NCBI GenBank assembly: GCA_043822785.1
Contig: JBDRBN010000046.1
Span: 1-59,945 of the forward strand
Direction of reading: 5' to 3'
DNA from: Pseudomonadota bacterium
GTDB taxonomy: Bacteria > UBA10199 > 2-02-FULL-44-16 > JAAZCA01
DNA length: 59,945 bases
Shown one piece after another: positions 56,309 through 59,945 of the stretch. The first letter of the stretch is position 1; every line of letters begins with the position of its first letter. The notes below the pieces were generated by a model. That model made no database searches. It was not told where the DNA came from and saw only the letters and a list, made by a program, of their open reading frames with translations. A program made the translations under genes and the position numbers.

Positions 56309-57397
56309 ATGAATCAGATAGGCAAAAAACAAACAGCAGCCTTGGCTTCGATTTATCGCTTAGACGATCGATGGAGAAGTGCGCTTCAGCCATTTCACCA
56401 GGCAAAAGGACCTGTAAGCTTTGATACATTCGAAGGCGGCATTAATGCTTTTGAAGACTTTCTGCGAACTGATGGAAGAACTAGCGGCCTTTATCTTGCC
56501 ATGATCTCCGGGGTTGCAACAAAGGAAGTTATAGAAGCTGCTTATAGGCAGGCAGTTCTCAATCAGGGACTAGATTGGGTTTCAGAGGTAAGTGCGATAA
56601 GCGATCCAAACATATATCTGAGCGCATGGTATGCATTCATGGAAGATTTTTTTAAGAGGGCAGGCGAGTTAATACCCCAGCTTGAGCTTAGGCTGGCTAG
56701 AGAAAAAGAGCCTGACCCTGTGGAAGAGGATCCTCTGATTAGACATCCGAAGGAATTTATTAGACTATTGCAAATGCTGAGGAGTGCTCTTGATATGCCC
56801 AATAGCACTTTTAGGAGTAGCAAGGTTCTTAGAGATAGCTGGGAATATCAAATGGTTTCCGGTCAGATCGCTAAGCTCAACAATGCGAATCAGCTTGTAA
56901 CTATACCACTGGATATAGAAGAAGGTTGCTTAAGATACTTGGATATCCTTTATGCTATTAATGCCTTGTATTGCCTCGTTGACCCCATAGATCATATCAG
57001 AACAGTATATGAGTATGGCCATACTAGCGAATGGCTTAAAACCAGCGTCCAGGGGAGCGTGCCTGAACGATTAACCTTTCAAAGCGGTGCTGTGCTGCGC
57101 AGGGTGATCGACGAGATCGTGCACAAGGCAGGTGCTGCTGTTGCTTTGCATGCCCAAGCCCCTCATGAGATCGCATTTCAGTTTGAAGGCAACAGGATGA
57201 ACGTGAGTGACATAAGCGAAAGGGGTGCTTTTGCCGCATTTGCTGATGGACGGCCAGAGCGGGAAATGCTCGTGAGCCTTGCAGGGCAGCTTAGCCCTGG
57301 CGGGCAGGTTCAGTTCGCAAATAATGGGGCTTTGATGATATCTGCCATCCATATCACAATGCCGCTTGCAGGCATGAGTATGCGCGCGATTTTCTAA
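56309..57397 (+). CDS. hypothetical protein
   Basis: 362-aa ORF with no recognisable motif. Confidence 0.7.
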   Translation: MNQIGKKQTAALASIYRLDDRWRSALQPFHQAKGPVSFDTFEGGINAFEDFLRTDGRTSGLYLAMISGVATKEVIEAAYRQAVLNQGLDWVSEVSAISDPNIYLSAWYAFMEDFFKRAGELIPQLELRLAREKEPDPVEEDPLIRHPKEFIRLLQMLRSALDMPNSTFRSSKVLRDSWEYQMVSGQIAKLNNANQLVTIPLDIEEGCLRYLDILYAINALYCLVDPIDHIRTVYEYGHTSEWLKTSVQGSVPERLTFQSGAVLRRVIDEIVHKAGAAVALHAQAPHEIAFQFEGNRMNVSDISERGAFAAFADGRPEREMLVSLAGQLSPGGQVQFANNGALMISAIHITMPLAGMSMRAIF

Positions 57398-57467
57398 GGA
57401 TTTTCCACTCCTAAGGCCTTGAAATATATACCCAATTATTTAAATCGATCAAAAAACAATCTCCCAC

Positions 57468-57494
57468 GCAACATTTGCAAAATTCTGCCGATAA
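57468..57494 (+). promoter_or_regulatory. sigma28-like promoter
   Basis: GCAAC-N14-GCCGATAA; supports ATG 57523 as the start. Confidence 0.7.
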
Positions 57495-57522
57495 TAAAGA
57501 TGAGAATATACGGGAGACAATT

Positions 57523-59790
57523 ATGACAATCTGCGGAATCAAGGGTAAAGCCTGCAGCACCTGGGATGAGTACCCGGTGTGCGATGAGTCACAACACATA
57601 AACTCTCAGCAAGTATTCATGATGAAAGATCCTAAGCTGGGATGGCTTCCAGCCATCCCTGAAATGTTTGGAGCAGGTCAGGAAGCATCAAAGCTCCCCA
57701 TGTTAAGGCCAGACACTTTTAGGGCGCCTGTCATAATGGGTGAAGGCGAAAACAAGATAGATGAAATTAAGGTGTTGCTGGAATCGCCTCTGGGTCAGAC
57801 CTGGTTAACATCGATGCAAAAGCAGGGCATGTGCCGCTCTCCATTTTTACCTTACAAGTGGTTTGCCTTTGAGAAGCTCGTGGAACCCGCTGTTTATCTA
57901 ACTTTCTATAATAGGAAAATAGAGCAGAGCCAGGACTTTTTGAAATTTGAAAGCGCAGGCTTTGAACTTACCGTGCCCGAGATGATGGCGCTTGCAAGGT
58001 GTAAGGAACTAAAATTCGATAGAGAGACTCTTAAGATCAAGGAGGGATCAGCGCCAAAAATAGTTGGGGAAGACCCAGATGGAAACTTTAAATACGATCA
58101 ATCTGTCAAAGGAACCTATTTATTTACCAAGATGCCTGACAGACTTAAAAGTGATGAGGGCACGGGCATTATCGATGTCTTAGAGAATGACGATGTTAAA
58201 ATACCAGGCCTTAGCGATGAACGTCGCAAAGAGCTGATAGATCATCTTGAGGGGATATATAAAGAGGCAAATATACAGAGGGATTTTATCAGTTTGAGCA
58301 CAGTGATGTCGGTGGTGGGCGGTGTATCTGGCCTGCTCGTGTCGGTTTATTTTGGCAAGATGGTAGGGGAAGACATAATAAAGCGAATCCGTGGCCGAGT
58401 CATAACCACGCGCTTTGATCAGGTCATAGACAAGCGTCTTAAGATGGATCCCAACTATGACGTCAAGGGTCGAGGTGTGGAGGCAAAAGTCGCATGGGAG
58501 ATGGCAAGCCAGCGCAGCGGATACATCAATTTAATTTTTGACGCGCCCACTGGCGAGGGTAAGGATGTCATAGTAGAGAAGATGACAATCATGAAGCAGA
58601 AGGGCGATGCAGCAGTGCCTGAACGATTCCGCAACGCTTCTGTCATGAAGATCAATGCTGCCGAGTTTCAGGCTGGCACCATGTACAGGGGTAATGTGGC
58701 TGACAAGGTAGCGGAGATCGCGCGTGAAGCAAGAAAAGGACCGGTCATATTCTACATCTCGGAGATCGATCTGGTGTTCTTAAGCGGCGGTACGACGAGT
58801 GGCGACACAGAATCGCCAGGCAAACTCATTCTTGATTTGGTGGATGATCCTGCGATCAAGCATAATCTTTTGCTCATAGGTACGACTAGCCGTGGGAAGG
58901 CAATGCTTGAGAGGTACCCAGATTTGCAACGCAGGTTCAACTGGCCCAAAGTTCGTAGCTTTACGCTTGAAGAAAAGATCGATGTGCTCGATGGACCAAA
59001 GGCCAGAGAGCTCGAAAAGCTTTATGATGTTAAGATTTTTCGCGAGATGATCGATGCTGCAGCTCGCATGGCAGAGCACTATTATCGGCCAACGCAATAT
59101 GCCCTTGTTGGCACGGTGCCTCCACAGTTTTCAGCTATAACCGCAGTATTGGAAAAAGCAATTCAGACTGCCAACAAGGCTGGGTATAGCGCGCTCACAT
59201 TTGAGCACATCGCTGCTGCAACAGGCGAGCTTTGCGCCATGAGTATCGATCCTACACTGCAGAATGAGTTGTTAACAGAACCACTGGAACAAGTAGTGGC
59301 TGAAGCACAGGCAACGATGGCTTCTTCTTCCGCTATTGCAGGCAAGCCTGATCGTGCAGTGCGTGCCATGGACTTTGGTGCCCAGATGCTCTTTGGTTCA
59401 GCGAGCGAGATTTTAGAAAAGCTAAGAGCTAATCCCGAGCTTCGAAGAATGGGATTTGCGAGAACCGGAGGGCTACCTGAGCACGTGCAGATGGAATATG
59501 CAGCAGCGATAGACGAATTATTGGACAATCTTCCAGAAGATGCACGTCGTGAGTTTGTGGATCCAGCAACAAAAGCATTTATTCCAGATGCACTGCCTCG
59601 TCTTGTCAAATTGACAGCTGGCATGGGAATGCAAAGCAGACGCATCGATATGGTTAGGCAGCGCGCTGAAGCGCGAGACACCACAAAGGCCGATGATGCC
59701 ACGGACGCCACGCGGCGCGGGCGTACTCTGCCGCGTCCAGATGGGCGCAGAGGTGGAAACGGCAATGGCGGCCCGCATGGGATTAAGTGA
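57523..59790 (+). CDS. orphan protein with central TM segment and divergent ClpA/B NBD1-like AAA+ domain
   Basis: VKGR..E, DAPTGEGKD, AGTMYRG pore loop, IFYISEID, LIGTTS, DLQRRF; hydrophobic stretch FISLSTVMSVVGGVSGLLVSVYFG. Confidence 0.72.
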   Translation: MTICGIKGKACSTWDEYPVCDESQHINSQQVFMMKDPKLGWLPAIPEMFGAGQEASKLPMLRPDTFRAPVIMGEGENKIDEIKVLLESPLGQTWLTSMQKQGMCRSPFLPYKWFAFEKLVEPAVYLTFYNRKIEQSQDFLKFESAGFELTVPEMMALARCKELKFDRETLKIKEGSAPKIVGEDPDGNFKYDQSVKGTYLFTKMPDRLKSDEGTGIIDVLENDDVKIPGLSDERRKELIDHLEGIYKEANIQRDFISLSTVMSVVGGVSGLLVSVYFGKMVGEDIIKRIRGRVITTRFDQVIDKRLKMDPNYDVKGRGVEAKVAWEMASQRSGYINLIFDAPTGEGKDVIVEKMTIMKQKGDAAVPERFRNASVMKINAAEFQAGTMYRGNVADKVAEIAREARKGPVIFYISEIDLVFLSGGTTSGDTESPGKLILDLVDDPAIKHNLLLIGTTSRGKAMLERYPDLQRRFNWPKVRSFTLEEKIDVLDGPKARELEKLYDVKIFREMIDAAARMAEHYYRPTQYALVGTVPPQFSAITAVLEKAIQTANKAGYSALTFEHIAAATGELCAMSIDPTLQNELLTEPLEQVVAEAQATMASSSAIAGKPDRAVRAMDFGAQMLFGSASEILEKLRANPELRRMGFARTGGLPEHVQMEYAAAIDELLDNLPEDARREFVDPATKAFIPDALPRLVKLTAGMGMQSRRIDMVRQRAEARDTTKADDATDATRRGRTLPRPDGRRGGNGNGGPHGIK

Positions 59791-59945
59791 TCTACCCCAC
59801 CTTCACCCTCCCCTCACAGAGACTGTGTCGCAATAGGGGAGGGTTCAAAGTTCTTTGACAAAAAAATATGAGAGGGCAGTGGAAAGCAATGCTTCAATAT
59901 ATTAATGATATGCTATAGTTTTTTTCCGAAAGGAGCAAGGTTATG

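Noticed and set aside
59796-59845. CCCTCCCC...GGGGAGGG hairpin with inner AGAGACTGTGTCGCAAT as an IS end
   Set aside because: Single copy, with no partner end or transposase in the window; cannot be supported.
59943-59945. Start of a further gene (AGGAG..ATG) at the window end
   Set aside because: Only the start codon is visible.

Overview
Chromosomal window from a Gram-negative bacterium (TolC, outer-membrane barrels). The gene content looks deltaproteobacterial; this is inference only. Left: a TrxB-like/isochorismatase pair, then about 19 kb of tightly packed + strand genes. These are a split-HipA (HipBST-type) toxin-antitoxin with three 18-bp operators, a porin, a sucrose/mannosylfructose-type cluster (SPP-like, NDP-sugar pyrophosphorylase-PGM fusion, fructokinase, SPS-like GT4, sucrose synthase, MalQ), and an unusual phosphorelay/c-di-GMP-wired polysaccharide locus (REC-epimerase fusion, UDP-HexNAc dehydrogenase, YaiO-like barrel, REC-Zn-ribbon-degenerate GGDEF, GT2 synthase, sensor-less kinase). 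Middle: a tRNA hotspot (Val-CAC, Arg-CCG, Ala-CGC) in which a duplicate tRNA-Ala is broken by three copies of a 71-74-bp non-coding element inserted at TT|CG in the anticodon and T loops, with a fourth partial copy nearby. This is followed by a GC-rich lipoprotein gene with one in-frame TGA. Right: mostly housekeeping genes (macAB-tolC, argGH/argR, serS, DsbA-like, OFA MFS, S8 protease, glnA/glnB, tRNA-Pro, gpsA, ilvE) and orphans. Four genes share a sigma28-like promoter with identical spacing. Several dispersed small repeat families occur between genes. No CRISPR array, rRNA, integrase or transposase is visible. All family calls come from motif recognition by eye, not database searches, and several starts were moved downstream of the ORF-track start.
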